Shown here one piece after another: positions 1-9,164 of a DNA stretch of 64,000 bases (the first letter of the stretch is position 1; the number at the start of each line of letters is the position of its first letter). The position numbers and the translations under genes were made by a program. The stretch covers positions 3,781-67,780 of the forward strand of contig JBDHKE010000013.1 in the NCBI GenBank assembly GCA_039586555.1, given 5' to 3'. The stretch is from Gemmatimonadota bacterium (GTDB lineage Bacteria; Gemmatimonadota; Gemmatimonadetes; Longimicrobiales; Gaopeijiaceae). The notes below the pieces were generated by a model. The model was not told the origin of the DNA. It did no database searches and was given only the letters and a program-made list of their open reading frames with translations.

Positions 1-893
1 CCTGAACGATGTTCACGGGAATGGTGACGTGAATGTCAAGGCCGTCCCGCTGGAAGAAATGGTGGGGAAGAACTTTGAACGTGATGACCAGATCCCCCGG
101 TCTTCCGCCTTGATTCCCTCTCTCTCCCTGACCGGATATCCGGACTTTGGCGCCGTCTTCAACCCCCCTTGGCACAGCCACCTGAAGCTTGCGGCGCTGC
201 TTGACCGTCCCCGTCCCCTCGCAGGCCACACAGGGCTTTTCCGGAATGCTACCCCGCCCAACACAGGCCGGACAGGGGCGCTTCACCGCGAAACCACCCT
301 GGCCGAAGGATACGGTCCCCGTGCCGCTGCATTCCTTGCAGCGACGCATGGACGTTCCAGGATGGGCCCCGCTCCCGGCACATGCGGCGCATTCCTCCGA
401 GATGGGCACGGTGACCGACACCTTTCCGCCGCGCACCGCCGTCAGGAAGGGGATCTCCACCACATACTCTACGTTGCGACCCTTCTGGGGGCCCTGCGGC
501 CGCTCGGTCTCGGTTCGCCGGCCCCGGTCGAAGATCGAGGAGAAGAGGTCACCCAGTCCACCCAGGCCGGAGAGGTCCTCGAAGCTGAATCCTCCCCCGC
601 CAGGGGTCTCGAATGGGCTTCGAGGCCGATCCCCACCGGTCCGGGCCCCCCGTCCGAAGCCGAACGCCCCCAGCTTCCGCATCTGATCGTACTGCTTACG
701 CTTCTTTGCGTTCGAGAGCACGGAGTATGCCTCCCCAATCTCCTTGAAGCGCTCGGCGGCCCGGGGATTGTTCGGGCTGGCGTCTGGATGATACTGCTTG
801 GCCAGCTTCCGGTACGCCTTCTTGATCTCTTCCTTACCGGCGGACTCGGAGACGCCCAGGATTTCGTAGAAGTCCTTTGTCGCGGTGGCCATT
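1..893 (-). CDS. dnaJ: Molecular chaperone DnaJ (C-terminally truncated by window edge)
   Basis: Minus-strand reading frame from an ATG at 893 runs off the window start and is therefore absent from the ORF track. My translation gives a J domain ([14 protein letters not shown]...YHPD), a Gly/Phe-rich linker and four CxxCxGxG zinc-finger repeats ([32 protein letters not shown]). Confidence 0.88.
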
Positions 894-898
894 GGCTG

Positions 899-1726
899 CT
901 ATTCGTACTGCCGGACAATCACCCGGGCGGGGCGAACCAGTTGGCCCTTGAAAACGTACCCCTTCTGGAACACCTCACTGACCTTGTCGTCGTCATCTTC
1001 CGATTCTGCGGGGACCGTTGCCATCGCCTCCATCACCGCGGGATCAAAGACCTCACCTGCGGGATCCACCACCTCCGCACCCATCTCCGTGATGGCCTTG
1101 AAGATCTTTCTCTCCACGAGAGCAACACCCTCGTGCAGGGCTTCGACCGTGGAGGTCGCCGGGTCGTAATCTCCGACTCGCTGAAGGTCGTCGAGCGCAT
1201 CCAGGAGCTGCCCCAGAAACTCCGCCTGGGCCAAGATCCAGGACTCGCGACGTTGCCGATCCGCCCGTCTTCGGTAGTTATCGAAGTCGGCGGCGAGTCG
1301 GAGGTGCCGGTCGCGAGTGGATTCGAGCTCCTCCCGGAGGCTTGTCAACTCCTCCTCCGGAGGCTCCTCGAGACCCAGCTCTTCGTCCAGCTCAGCCAGG
1401 ATCTCCCGCAACTCCTGCTCGGATGGGGGCGCCACGGTCGTGTCCGTTGAGGTTCCCGAGCGATCCGGCTCGCCAGACTCCTCTCCAGAAGGAGCCTCGT
1501 CTTCCCGGTCCTCGACAGCGGGTTGCTCGGCCATCTCGGCAGCAGAAGACGGACCGGCCGGACTCCCCCTCGTGTCGGCGGAGGGATCGGCGGCCTCTTC
1601 GCCTCGCATGGTCCCCGGATCCACTCCCGCATCTGGCGGACGCTCTCCTGGGATGTGTCTCCATTCATCCGAGGGACTGCCGGCGTCCTCCGGCTTCCCG
1701 TTCTCCGATGAGATCTTGTCAGTCAT
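899..1726 (-). CDS. grpE: Nucleotide exchange factor GrpE
   Basis: 275-aa ORF with an acidic N-terminus and the GrpE core (LRLAADFDNYRRRADRQRRE...); lies 5 nt upstream of dnaJ on the same strand. Confidence 0.88.
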   Translation of the reverse strand: MTDKISSENGKPEDAGSPSDEWRHIPGERPPDAGVDPGTMRGEEAADPSADTRGSPAGPSSAAEMAEQPAVEDREDEAPSGEESGEPDRSGTSTDTTVAPPSEQELREILAELDEELGLEEPPEEELTSLREELESTRDRHLRLAADFDNYRRRADRQRRESWILAQAEFLGQLLDALDDLQRVGDYDPATSTVEALHEGVALVERKIFKAITEMGAEVVDPAGEVFDPAVMEAMATVPAESEDDDDKVSEVFQKGYVFKGQLVRPARVIVRQYE

Positions 1727-1761
1727 GGTCCCGTGTCATTCGAGGGATAGAGGAATACACT

Positions 1762-2625
1762 CTACACCGCTTGTCGTTCTCCGTCGAGACGTCCCTCCAG
1801 CCATGTCGTCACGGTGCGGATCACCCGATCCTTCTCGGGATCCCGGAAGGGCTCGTGACGACACTTGGGACACTGGCGGACCTGGACGGGCGCCGCCACC
1901 CGACTTCCTGCGTACCGCAGGGTCACCCCGGCTTCCACCAGGGGGTCATCCTGCGGTACGAGAAACAGGGCCGGCACCTTCAGGTCCGACGGACCCTGGA
2001 GGACCTGCAGCTGGGCCTTCCCCACTTCCGCATTCAACCGAGCCGAGATTCGGTCATGCACGAGAGGGTCTCCCGCATAGGCGCGCGCCTCCTCCGGGTC
2101 TCTCGATATCATCTCGGGCCGGACGCCGCTCGAGAGCGTCAGGGGCGGGACGACCCGAGCGGCCACACGCCCCAGACCACGCTTCCAGGCTGGAACCCGC
2201 AGGGCCGTGGCAAGCCAGGGTGCCGCGAGCACCAGCCCCCGGAGGCCCGTCTCCCTTTCGAGGGCGAAGCGAAGGGCAACGAGTCCCCCCATGGACTGCC
2301 CAACCAGAAACACGGGCAGGTCCTTTCCCATGTCAGCCTCCTCGAGCCGAGTGAGCACCCGGCTCACGTCCTCGAGAAAGCGCTGGAAGCGCACCACGTG
2401 CCCGCGCCTTCCGGTGGACCGTCCATGGCCCACCTGATCGTGCGCAGCGGCCAGAAATCCCTCTTCCGCAAGTGCTTCCGCCACATGGGCGTACCGACTA
2501 CCGTGGTCTCCCAGGCCGTGTATGACAAGGACGATGCCCCGGGGATCTGGATTGTCCCAAGTCCGTAGAAGAAGGCGCTCTCCTTCCCCGGTCGCGATCC
2601 AGCTCTCCCGGGGTCTTGGGGACAC
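1762..2625 (-). CDS. Alpha/beta hydrolase (lysophospholipase / monoacylglycerol lipase-like)
   Basis: HGLGDHGSRY and a GQSMGG nucleophile elbow. The ORF-track start (2763) overlaps cinA; a GTG at 2625 just after the cinA stop is the more likely start. Confidence 0.7.
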   Translation of the reverse strand: MSPRPRESWIATGEGERLLLRTWDNPDPRGIVLVIHGLGDHGSRYAHVAEALAEEGFLAAAHDQVGHGRSTGRRGHVVRFQRFLEDVSRVLTRLEEADMGKDLPVFLVGQSMGGLVALRFALERETGLRGLVLAAPWLATALRVPAWKRGLGRVAARVVPPLTLSSGVRPEMISRDPEEARAYAGDPLVHDRISARLNAEVGKAQLQVLQGPSDLKVPALFLVPQDDPLVEAGVTLRYAGSRVAAPVQVRQCPKCRHEPFRDPEKDRVIRTVTTWLEGRLDGERQAV

Positions 2626-2627
2626 GC

Positions 2628-3935
2628 TCAGGGCCCCTTCTGCAGGACCCGGAGGACGAGAGCGAGCGCCGCCTGTGCGGCCCGCTCCCTCACGGCCTCC
2701 CTCTCCCCCGGAAAGCAGGAGACTCGGGCGTCGCATCCGTCCCGCGTGCTCACCGCGTACCACACCGTGCCCACGGGTTTGTCTTCCGACCCCCCTTCGG
2801 GCCCCGCGATGCCCGTCACAGCGACTCCCAGGTCGGATCCGAAGCGGCCTCGTACGCCGATAGCCATGGCTTCGGCCACTTCCCTCGACACGGCACCTCG
2901 AAGCTCGAGATCGCGAGCGGGGACTCCAAGATCCCTGAGCTTTGATTCATTGGTGTAGGCCACGAGCCCACCGAGGAAGTATCGCGACGAGCCCGGAATG
3001 TCCGTGATCCGCTTCGCCATGAGCCCGCCGGTGCAACTCTCCGCTGTCGCGAGGGTCTGCGAGCGCTGGGCCAGCTCGGCGCCGATCGCCTCGCTCAGGT
3101 CACCGCTGCGTGACCGAAACCCGTGCCGATCCAGGATCGGTGACAGGGAAGTCTCAATCCGGTGGAACCAAGCCTCGGCCTCTTCTGCAGGCAACGCGTT
3201 ACGGATCGTCAACCGGAGGTCCACGCCCCGGAGGTCGGGCAGGAACGCCAGAGAGACGGGACCGAGATCATCCGGAAGAAGGTCTCCAACCCTCTCGGAG
3301 AGCGTCGATTCCGGTATTCCGGTGGTGTGAAGCACCCGCTGAAAGACGGGCCGCATACGGCCCTCGTAAACTTCCCTGAGGCGCGGGGCCAGTGCGCTCA
3401 GGTAGAGTTCTCGCATCTCTCTCGGAATGCCCGGCAGAAGGGCGACCACTCGCGCACCGACCTCCAGAGCTAGCCCGGGGGCGGTGCCGACCGGATTGGG
3501 TAGGATCCACGCGCCCTCCGGAACGAGCGCCTGACGTCGATTCGAAGGCGGGAGCTCTCCATAGCCCCGTTTCTCGAAACGGTCGATGAGTCCCGCGAGC
3601 AGCGCGTCATCGAGCCGCAGGGGAAGGTCGAGCGCGGCAGCGACGGCATCCCGGGTCACGTCGTCCGGAGTCGGCCCGAGGCCACCAGTGACCAGGACCA
3701 GATCTCCCTCCATCAGGGCTCTCGCCAGAGCGGTCCCGATGTCTACCTTCCGGTCCGCCACGACGTAGCGGCCGCATACCGTGATGCCGAGGGCCGCCAA
3801 CTCTCGGCTCAACCAGGCACCGTTGGTGTCGACCGTCTCTCCGAGAAGCAGTTCGTCACCCACCGTGATGATGACGGCCGTCGCCGGGGGCTGTTCCGCG
3901 ATGGGTGTGGCGGAAGGATTCAGGGCCTCGCCCCC
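2628..3935 (-). CDS. cinA: Competence/damage-inducible protein CinA (MoaB/MogA-like N-domain + CinA C-domain)
   Basis: Core begins ...AVIITVGDELLLGETVDTNGAWLSREL and the C-terminal CinA domain contains ...LATAESCTGGLMAKRITDIPGSS. The track ORF extends to 4208 over pgsA. The true start near 3920-3940 has no canonical in-frame start codon that I can see, so the start is uncertain. Confidence 0.8.
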   Translation of the reverse strand, partial: GGEALNPSATPIAEQPPATAVIITVGDELLLGETVDTNGAWLSRELAALGITVCGRYVVADRKVDIGTALARALMEGDLVLVTGGLGPTPDDVTRDAVAAALDLPLRLDDALLAGLIDRFEKRGYGELPPSNRRQALVPEGAWILPNPVGTAPGLALEVGARVVALLPGIPREMRELYLSALAPRLREVYEGRMRPVFQRVLHTTGIPESTLSERVGDLLPDDLGPVSLAFLPDLRGVDLRLTIRNALPAEEAEAWFHRIETSLSPILDRHGFRSRSGDLSEAIGAELAQRSQTLATAESCTGGLMAKRITDIPGSSRYFLGGLVAYTNESKLRDLGVPARDLELRGAVSREVAEAMAIGVRGRFGSDLGVAVTGIAGPEGGSEDKPVGTVWYAVSTRDGCDARVSCFPGEREAVRERAAQAALALVLRVLQKGP

Positions 3936-4507
3936 ACCAGCGACCGGTAGCTCCAAAAGTAGTCCAGCATCGAGTAGACCGTGAGAATGATGGCCACCGT
4001 GAGCGTCACGCCGATCCAGCTTCCGTGGATGTACCCCCACGCCGTCCAGAACCAGCCACTCCAACCCCGGGTCATCGCCGCCATCTTGAGGGGGTACCAG
4101 AGAAGAAGACCCACCGCGTAGCTCCGAAATGCCGTGACGGCGACTTCGCGTCCGAAGATCACAATCATCACCCAGACCGGAAGGGGTCCCCACCACGGAA
4201 GATGCCACATCTCCCCCGGCTGGTGCGAGAGGATGAAGAAGGGGATGAACGTCGCGACCAAGAGAAACTTGTCGGCCAGCGGATCCAGCAACTTTCCAAA
4301 GTCAGTGATCAGGCCGTGCTTCCGCGCCAGATATCCGTCCCAGAGATCACTCAAACTGGCAGCAAGGAACAACACGAAGGCAGCGAACCGCCCCACGGTG
4401 GAAGGGCTCAGCGCCAGGACGAAGATGACCGGGCAGGCCGCGATTCGCGCGACAGTAATGATATTGGGGAGGTTCATGCGGCTGGGAGCCATCATCCCAT
4501 CCATCAC
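3920..4507 (-). CDS. pgsA: CDP-diacylglycerol--glycerol-3-phosphate 3-phosphatidyltransferase
   Basis: CDP-alcohol phosphatidyltransferase motifs: NLPNIITVARI..., DLWDGYLARK..., and multiple transmembrane segments. Confidence 0.82.
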   Translation of the reverse strand: MMDGMMAPSRMNLPNIITVARIAACPVIFVLALSPSTVGRFAAFVLFLAASLSDLWDGYLARKHGLITDFGKLLDPLADKFLLVATFIPFFILSHQPGEMWHLPWWGPLPVWVMIVIFGREVAVTAFRSYAVGLLLWYPLKMAAMTRGWSGWFWTAWGYIHGSWIGVTLTVAIILTVYSMLDYFWSYRSLVGARP

Positions 4508-4510
4508 CCG

Positions 4511-5089
4511 TCAGCTCAGTGATTTCACCACCATCTTGCTGACCGCCCGCAGTGTATCGAAAACGCCTTGCCCTTCGGTAGCGACTGCCTCGAAGTCCGG
4601 GACGCCATCCGGGTTCAGTTGCGATCGGAGCACCTCCACTGGCTGGATGACCTCCAGATCTCGCTTGTTGTACTGAACCGCCAATGGAATCTCCTCGATG
4701 TCGTACCCGTACGATTCGAGATTCTCGTACAGGTTGTGCATCGACTCGATGTTCGCCTCCGTGCGGCTCGTTTGAGAGTCGGCGACGAAGACGATCCCGT
4801 CAACTCCCCGGAGGATGAGCTTGCGACTGTGGTTGTAGTAGGTCTGCCCGGGAACCGTGTAGAGGTGCATTCGGGTCTTGAAACCTCGAACGTCTCCCAG
4901 ATCGATGGGAAGGAAATCGAAGAACAGAGTTCGTTCCGTCTCCGTAGCGAGGGAGATCATCTTGCCCCGGGTTTCGGGGTTCACGCGGGAGTACACATAC
5001 TCCAGGTTTGTGGTCTTTCCACCCAGACCGGGACCGTAGTACACGATCTTGCAGTTGATCTCCCGGTTGGCGTAGTTGATCATCGACAT
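4511..5089 (-). CDS. mglA: MglA-family Ras-like small GTPase
   Basis: 192 aa. The N-terminus [29 protein letters not shown] and the core [15 protein letters not shown]...YNKRD closely match Myxococcus MglA ([29 protein letters not shown]...). Confidence 0.88.
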   Translation of the reverse strand: MSMINYANREINCKIVYYGPGLGGKTTNLEYVYSRVNPETRGKMISLATETERTLFFDFLPIDLGDVRGFKTRMHLYTVPGQTYYNHSRKLILRGVDGIVFVADSQTSRTEANIESMHNLYENLESYGYDIEEIPLAVQYNKRDLEVIQPVEVLRSQLNPDGVPDFEAVATEGQGVFDTLRAVSKMVVKSLS

Positions 5090-5340
5090 GGTCGAGACCT
5101 AGTCTCCTTCCCTTGACACCGGTGCGTCTGTCGCTCCGCCAGCGCCGCCACATCTCTGCGTACCGTGCCGAGCCCCGTCTGTCGCTCCGTCAGCGAGCCA
5201 CATCGCCACCTCTTGCACCAAACCCCCGTAGCATACGCTGGAAGCGCTACCCGTCGAATGAGATCTGGATCCAGGTGGAACGCCACCAGCCCGTTCACGA
5301 CGCGGCTGATCACGGAGGACAGCAAAGGAGAAGCCCACGT

Positions 5341-5664
5341 TCACGCACTCGGCGCGTCACTCCCATCCGAACCAGACTGGGCGGCGCGGACCTCCTCCTG
5401 CATGCGCTGAATGATGGAGCGCGCCCGCTTTCGCAGAAGACTTCTCGGTTCCCAGGCGATGAAGTCTCGAAGGAGATTGATGTTGTCGACGCTCGCCTCA
5501 GCCTGCGAGACATGCCGCAGGGCCCCCAATCTTCGAACGGTCCGAGAGCTGAACAGATCCCGTCGGTACCGGGAGATACGATTCCTGACGAAAAGCGCAG
5601 CCAGAGCGCTCGCCGTCCCCACCAGGGCGACCGCGATTCCGGTGTTTCGAAGGGTCTTGTTCAT
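5341..5664 (-). CDS. Hypothetical small membrane-anchored protein
   Basis: 107 aa with an N-terminal hydrophobic segment (IAVALVGTASALAALFV) and a charged C-terminal region. No recognisable family; it is not an MglB/roadblock protein. Confidence 0.35.
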   Translation of the reverse strand: MNKTLRNTGIAVALVGTASALAALFVRNRISRYRRDLFSSRTVRRLGALRHVSQAEASVDNINLLRDFIAWEPRSLLRKRARSIIQRMQEEVRAAQSGSDGSDAPSA

Positions 5665-5691
5665 CCGTCCATAGGATGCTCCGGGCTCCCG

Positions 5692-6285
5692 CTACATCTC
5701 GCGGCGACCCGACAACGCTTCAGCAAGAGTCGTACCGTCAACGTACTCCAGTTCGCTCCCTACCGGAATGCCCCGCGCTATGCGCGTGACCCTCGGTCCC
5801 AGCGGCCGTATCACGCTCTCCAGATAGACCGCGGTGGCCTCGCCCTCCACGCTCGGGTTGGTGGCGATGATCACTTCGCGCACGGAAGGGTAGGCCTCCC
5901 GAACCCGCTCATTCAGGCGCCGGATATTCAGGTCCTCCGGGCCAATCCCGTCCAGGGGCGAGAGATGTCCACCCAGGACGTGATACACCCCCTGGAACTG
6001 ACCGCTGCGCTCGACGGCCCCCACATCGAAAGCCTCCTCGACGACGCACAGAAGGGCCACGTCCCGACGAGGATTCGAGCAGATTTCGCAGAGAGCTTCC
6101 TCGCTGAAGTTGCCACACCGCTCGCAGGGTCGAATTCGATCCGCCAGGTCCGTGATCGCCCGTGCGAGGCGTCGCGACTCCTCGTGGGGCATCTTCATGA
6201 GGTGGTAGACGAGCCGGAGAGCGGTCTTGGGACCGATCCCCGGGAGCCGAGCAAGCTCCCTGGAGAGGCGGTCGATCACAGACAC
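5692..6285 (-). CDS. recR: Recombination protein RecR
   Basis: HhH motif (LPGIGPKTALRL), a C4 zinc finger (CERCGNFSEEALCEIC) and a Toprim region. Confidence 0.9.
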   Translation of the reverse strand: MSVIDRLSRELARLPGIGPKTALRLVYHLMKMPHEESRRLARAITDLADRIRPCERCGNFSEEALCEICSNPRRDVALLCVVEEAFDVGAVERSGQFQGVYHVLGGHLSPLDGIGPEDLNIRRLNERVREAYPSVREVIIATNPSVEGEATAVYLESVIRPLGPRVTRIARGIPVGSELEYVDGTTLAEALSGRREM

Positions 6286-6297
6286 GTCAGGGGGGAA

Positions 6298-6621
6298 TCA
6301 GAGGAGACCGGGAAGCTGCACGGGTAACGGAAGACCCCCGGCCACCTTGCGCATCTCCTCTTCGTAGAGGGCACGTGCCTTGTTCTGCGCCTCTGCGACC
6401 GCTGCAAGAACCAGGTCCTCCAACATCTCGACGTCCTCTGAATCCACCACGACCGGATCGATCTCAATCTTCTTCAGACTGCCCTTGCCGTCCACGGTCG
6501 CCGTCACCATGCCGCCGCCAGCGGAGGCCGACAACGATTGCAACTCCAGGTTCTCTTGGAGTTCGGACATGCGGGACTGCAACTGCTGCCCCATCTGAAT
6601 GAGGTCTTGAAGATTCTTCAT
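6298..6621 (-). CDS. ybaB: Nucleoid-associated protein YbaB/EbfC
   Basis: 107-aa YbaB-like sequence sitting between dnaX and recR, which is the conserved dnaX-ybaB-recR order. Confidence 0.88.
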   Translation of the reverse strand: MKNLQDLIQMGQQLQSRMSELQENLELQSLSASAGGGMVTATVDGKGSLKKIEIDPVVVDSEDVEMLEDLVLAAVAEAQNKARALYEEEMRKVAGGLPLPVQLPGLL

Positions 6622-6653
6622 CGGCTCCGGCTCGTGCCGCCGTAAACGGTCCG

Positions 6654-8285
6654 TTACTCCAGGAGTTCCAGGTCGAGTTCTTCTACCGCGCGCTCCAGGA
6701 GGGGTTCCCGGGAATAGAGCTCCTTCAGCCGGTCCTTCCGAACGGCTTCTTGGGTGATCCGATGGGCATCGTCCGGTGTTCCCTCGCCGCCATCGTCCAC
6801 CCTGACCTCTACGCTTCGGCCGAGCTCCGCTCCCAAACGATCCGCCAGGCCACGTCGGACGGAAGAATGTTCGAGACGCTCTCTTCCGGGTCCAGGCGGG
6901 ATGTGGATCTGGATGGTGCCCGGAGGCGCTTCCCGAACGTTTGCTCCGAGGAGGAACGAGCGAAGACCAGAAGGAAGTCCCGTTCCCGAGTCGAGCACCT
7001 TTCGCCAGGCTTCGGTTACCGGATCGGATGCGCGCGACTCTTCGCCGGCCCCTCTCTCCCCGGCAGCAATCGGGAGGCTTACCGCAGCGGTAGAGGGGAT
7101 CTCGCCCTCGTGGTCGCGACCCTCCGGCCGTTCGGATGCTCCCCCGAGAGCACGGATGAGCTCCTCGAGCTCGATCGTCCGGTCGATGTAGCTGAACCGG
7201 AGAAGTAGCAGCTCCAGGAGCATGCGGGGCTGCCCGCTCCTGCGCAGGCTCCCCGTGGTTTCCAGCTCCGCCGCCATCGCCAGCATGCGCACGAGGTCAC
7301 CCGGCTCGAAGGCATCGGCCCGCTTGCGAAACTCCTCGATCAGGTCATCTCGGAGGTCGGGGGCTCCACCTCCCTCCATGCGAAGCTGGAGGAGACTTCG
7401 CAGGGTCTCCACCAACCCGACATAGAACTCGGCCAGATCGTAACCCTCGTCGAGAAGACGATCGATGAAGCTGAAGATCTCCCCCCGTCTGGACTCCAGA
7501 AGGAGGTCGAACAGCGCCAGGTACCGCTCCTCCTCCACGAGCCCGAGAACCTGGCGGACTGAATCCGCGTCCACCCTTCCCTCGCTCAGCGCCAGAACCT
7601 GGTCGAGCAAGGAGAGGGCGTCTCTCATCCCTCCGTCCGCCTTGCGCGCGATGATCCTGAGTGCGTCGGTGGATCCGGTGGCCTTCTCCGTCTCCAGGAC
7701 GTCCTCCAAGCGACTGACGATATCCGTGGAGCCGATTCTCCGGAAATCGAAGCGCTGACATCGGGAGAGGATCGGAGAGGCCGTCTGCTGGATCTTGTTG
7801 GGCTCGGTGGTGGCGAAGACGAAGATCACCCGGGGAGGAGGCTCTTCGATGATCTTCAGAAGCGCGTTCCACGCCTCACGGGTGAGCATGTGGGCTTCGT
7901 CCAGGATGTAGACCTTGTAGCGGTCAGCCTCTGAAGGCGCGTACATGGCCCGCTCCCGGAGATCACGCGCGTCATCGACGCCGCGATTCGACGCCGCGTC
8001 GATCTCGACCACGTCCAGAGAGGTGTGTCCTCCCCAGATTCGGGCGCAACTGTCGCAGCGTCCGCAGGGCTCACCGTCGTCGCTGCGGTCCGGGCAGTTG
8101 AGGGCCATAGCCAGGACCCGCGCCACCGTGGTCTTGCCAACGCCTCGGGGACCACAGAAGAGATAGGCATGCCCGACCCGGTCGTTCGCCACAGCTCGCC
8201 GAAGGGTATCGGAGACGTGCGCCTGCGTGGCGACCTCAGCAAATCGCCGGGGCCGGTACTTACGAGCTAGCGCCGTATGGGACAA
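6654..8285 (-). CDS. dnaX: DNA polymerase III subunits gamma/tau
   Basis: Walker A CGPRGVGKTTVARVLAMALNC, a Zn-binding Cys cluster and an AAA+ clamp-loader core. The track ORF (to 8387) is an in-frame 5' extension. The TTG at 8285-8283 gives an N-terminus (L)SHTALARKYRPRRFAEV that matches the canonical DnaX start (MSYQVLARKWRP...). Confidence 0.85.
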   Translation of the reverse strand: MSHTALARKYRPRRFAEVATQAHVSDTLRRAVANDRVGHAYLFCGPRGVGKTTVARVLAMALNCPDRSDDGEPCGRCDSCARIWGGHTSLDVVEIDAASNRGVDDARDLRERAMYAPSEADRYKVYILDEAHMLTREAWNALLKIIEEPPPRVIFVFATTEPNKIQQTASPILSRCQRFDFRRIGSTDIVSRLEDVLETEKATGSTDALRIIARKADGGMRDALSLLDQVLALSEGRVDADSVRQVLGLVEEERYLALFDLLLESRRGEIFSFIDRLLDEGYDLAEFYVGLVETLRSLLQLRMEGGGAPDLRDDLIEEFRKRADAFEPGDLVRMLAMAAELETTGSLRRSGQPRMLLELLLLRFSYIDRTIELEELIRALGGASERPEGRDHEGEIPSTAAVSLPIAAGERGAGEESRASDPVTEAWRKVLDSGTGLPSGLRSFLLGANVREAPPGTIQIHIPPGPGRERLEHSSVRRGLADRLGAELGRSVEVRVDDGGEGTPDDAHRITQEAVRKDRLKELYSREPLLERAVEELDLELLE

Positions 8286-8349
8286 CGGACGTTCCGGCGA
8301 AGGTGACTCAGTCAGTGGCCGATGCGGACGGGTGTGGGAGACCGCCCAA

Positions 8350-8458
8350 GAAAGGTGCCCCAGGCTACCCGCAACAACGATCACCACACTTACCGCTGCT
8401 ACCTGCGGGGTCCTGACGGGTTTCGCGGGCTCTCGCTCTGCGGACCTGGGGCACGTTG
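8350..8458 (-). ncRNA. ffs: Signal recognition particle RNA (small 4.5S-type SRP RNA, ffs)
   Basis: Long imperfect hairpin closed by a 10-bp helix (minus strand GUGCCCCAGG, plus coordinates 8445-8454, paired with CCUGGGGCAC, plus 8355-8364). The apical domain-IV motif reads GUCAGG-ACC-CCGCA-GGU-AGCAGC against the consensus GUCAGG-UCC-GGAA-GGA-AGCAGC. It lies immediately upstream of dnaX on the same strand, the classic ffs-dnaX arrangement. Confidence 0.6.
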
Positions 8459-8484
8459 GAAGCTAGAAATGCGGCCGAGAGGCG

Positions 8485-8856
8485 TCAAGCGGGATCGGCC
8501 CGTCTCCAGGCGTCTTCAACATGCTCCACCAGGGGTGGGTGCTGCGGACGAACCATCACTCCCACGGCGTCGAACCGGATGATGTGATACGCTCGAGGAT
8601 GTCGCTCCAACCAGGCCGCGGCGACAGCCGCGATCTCGCGTCGCTTCCTTCGGGTGATCGCCTCCAGCGGGTGCCCGAAGCCAGACCCCGTCCGTGTCTT
8701 CACCTCCACGAACGCCAGCACGCTTCCCCTGGCCACAACCAAGTCGATCTCCTTTCGCCCGAACCGGTAGTTCCGGTCCAGAATCGTCCACCCGTTCTCC
8801 TCCAGGTGGCGTGCGGCCAGATCTTCGCCGCATCTTCCGATGGCGAGGTGGGACAT
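8485..8856 (-). CDS. yraN: YraN-family endonuclease (UPF0102)
   Basis: 123 aa; GEDLAARHLE...EIDLV...FVEVKTR...LEAIT matches the YraN/UPF0102 signature. Confidence 0.75.
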   Translation of the reverse strand: MSHLAIGRCGEDLAARHLEENGWTILDRNYRFGRKEIDLVVARGSVLAFVEVKTRTGSGFGHPLEAITRRKRREIAAVAAAWLERHPRAYHIIRFDAVGVMVRPQHPPLVEHVEDAWRRADPA

Positions 8857-9164
8857 TGCGTAAAAGCGAAAGAGTTCGGTGCCCCAGCAAAGGATCCGGT
8901 TCTGGGGTCCCTGGAGACTAGCTCAGGGGGTCAGACGCTGGAATGGATGGATGCGGCAAAGAGAGAACCAGACACCAGCCTGCTCCATCCTTCAGATGCC
9001 CGGATGGTTCCTCAGGGGGGTGTGCCTCACTGCCGGAGCGCACGCTCCCTCCCGCTCGCAAAGAGGCGTCGAATCCCCTATCCTTAGCGTCCTGCTCAAG
9101 CGTTGTCCCGAGGTCCCGTCGGAGGTGGGCGGTGACCCGCACCCTTTGACGACTCCCGGAAGAG

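Noticed and set aside
29-1450. 473-aa plus-strand ORF at the window start
   Set aside because: Antisense to dnaJ and grpE, both of which have clear family motifs on the minus strand.
1727-1761. CIRCE (HrcA operator) upstream of grpE
   Set aside because: No TTAGCACTC-N9-GAGTGCTAA-like inverted repeat is present in the grpE upstream region.
5090-5340. Possible mglB gene upstream of mglA
   Set aside because: Only 250 nt with no open frame long enough for a roadblock/LC7 domain; the next ORF (5341..5664) is a membrane-anchored protein unlike MglB.
8857-9164. c-di-AMP (ydaO-type) riboswitch in the K+ channel leader
   Set aside because: I could not match the conserved ydaO segments by eye. Retained only as a low-confidence suggestion for covariance-model testing.
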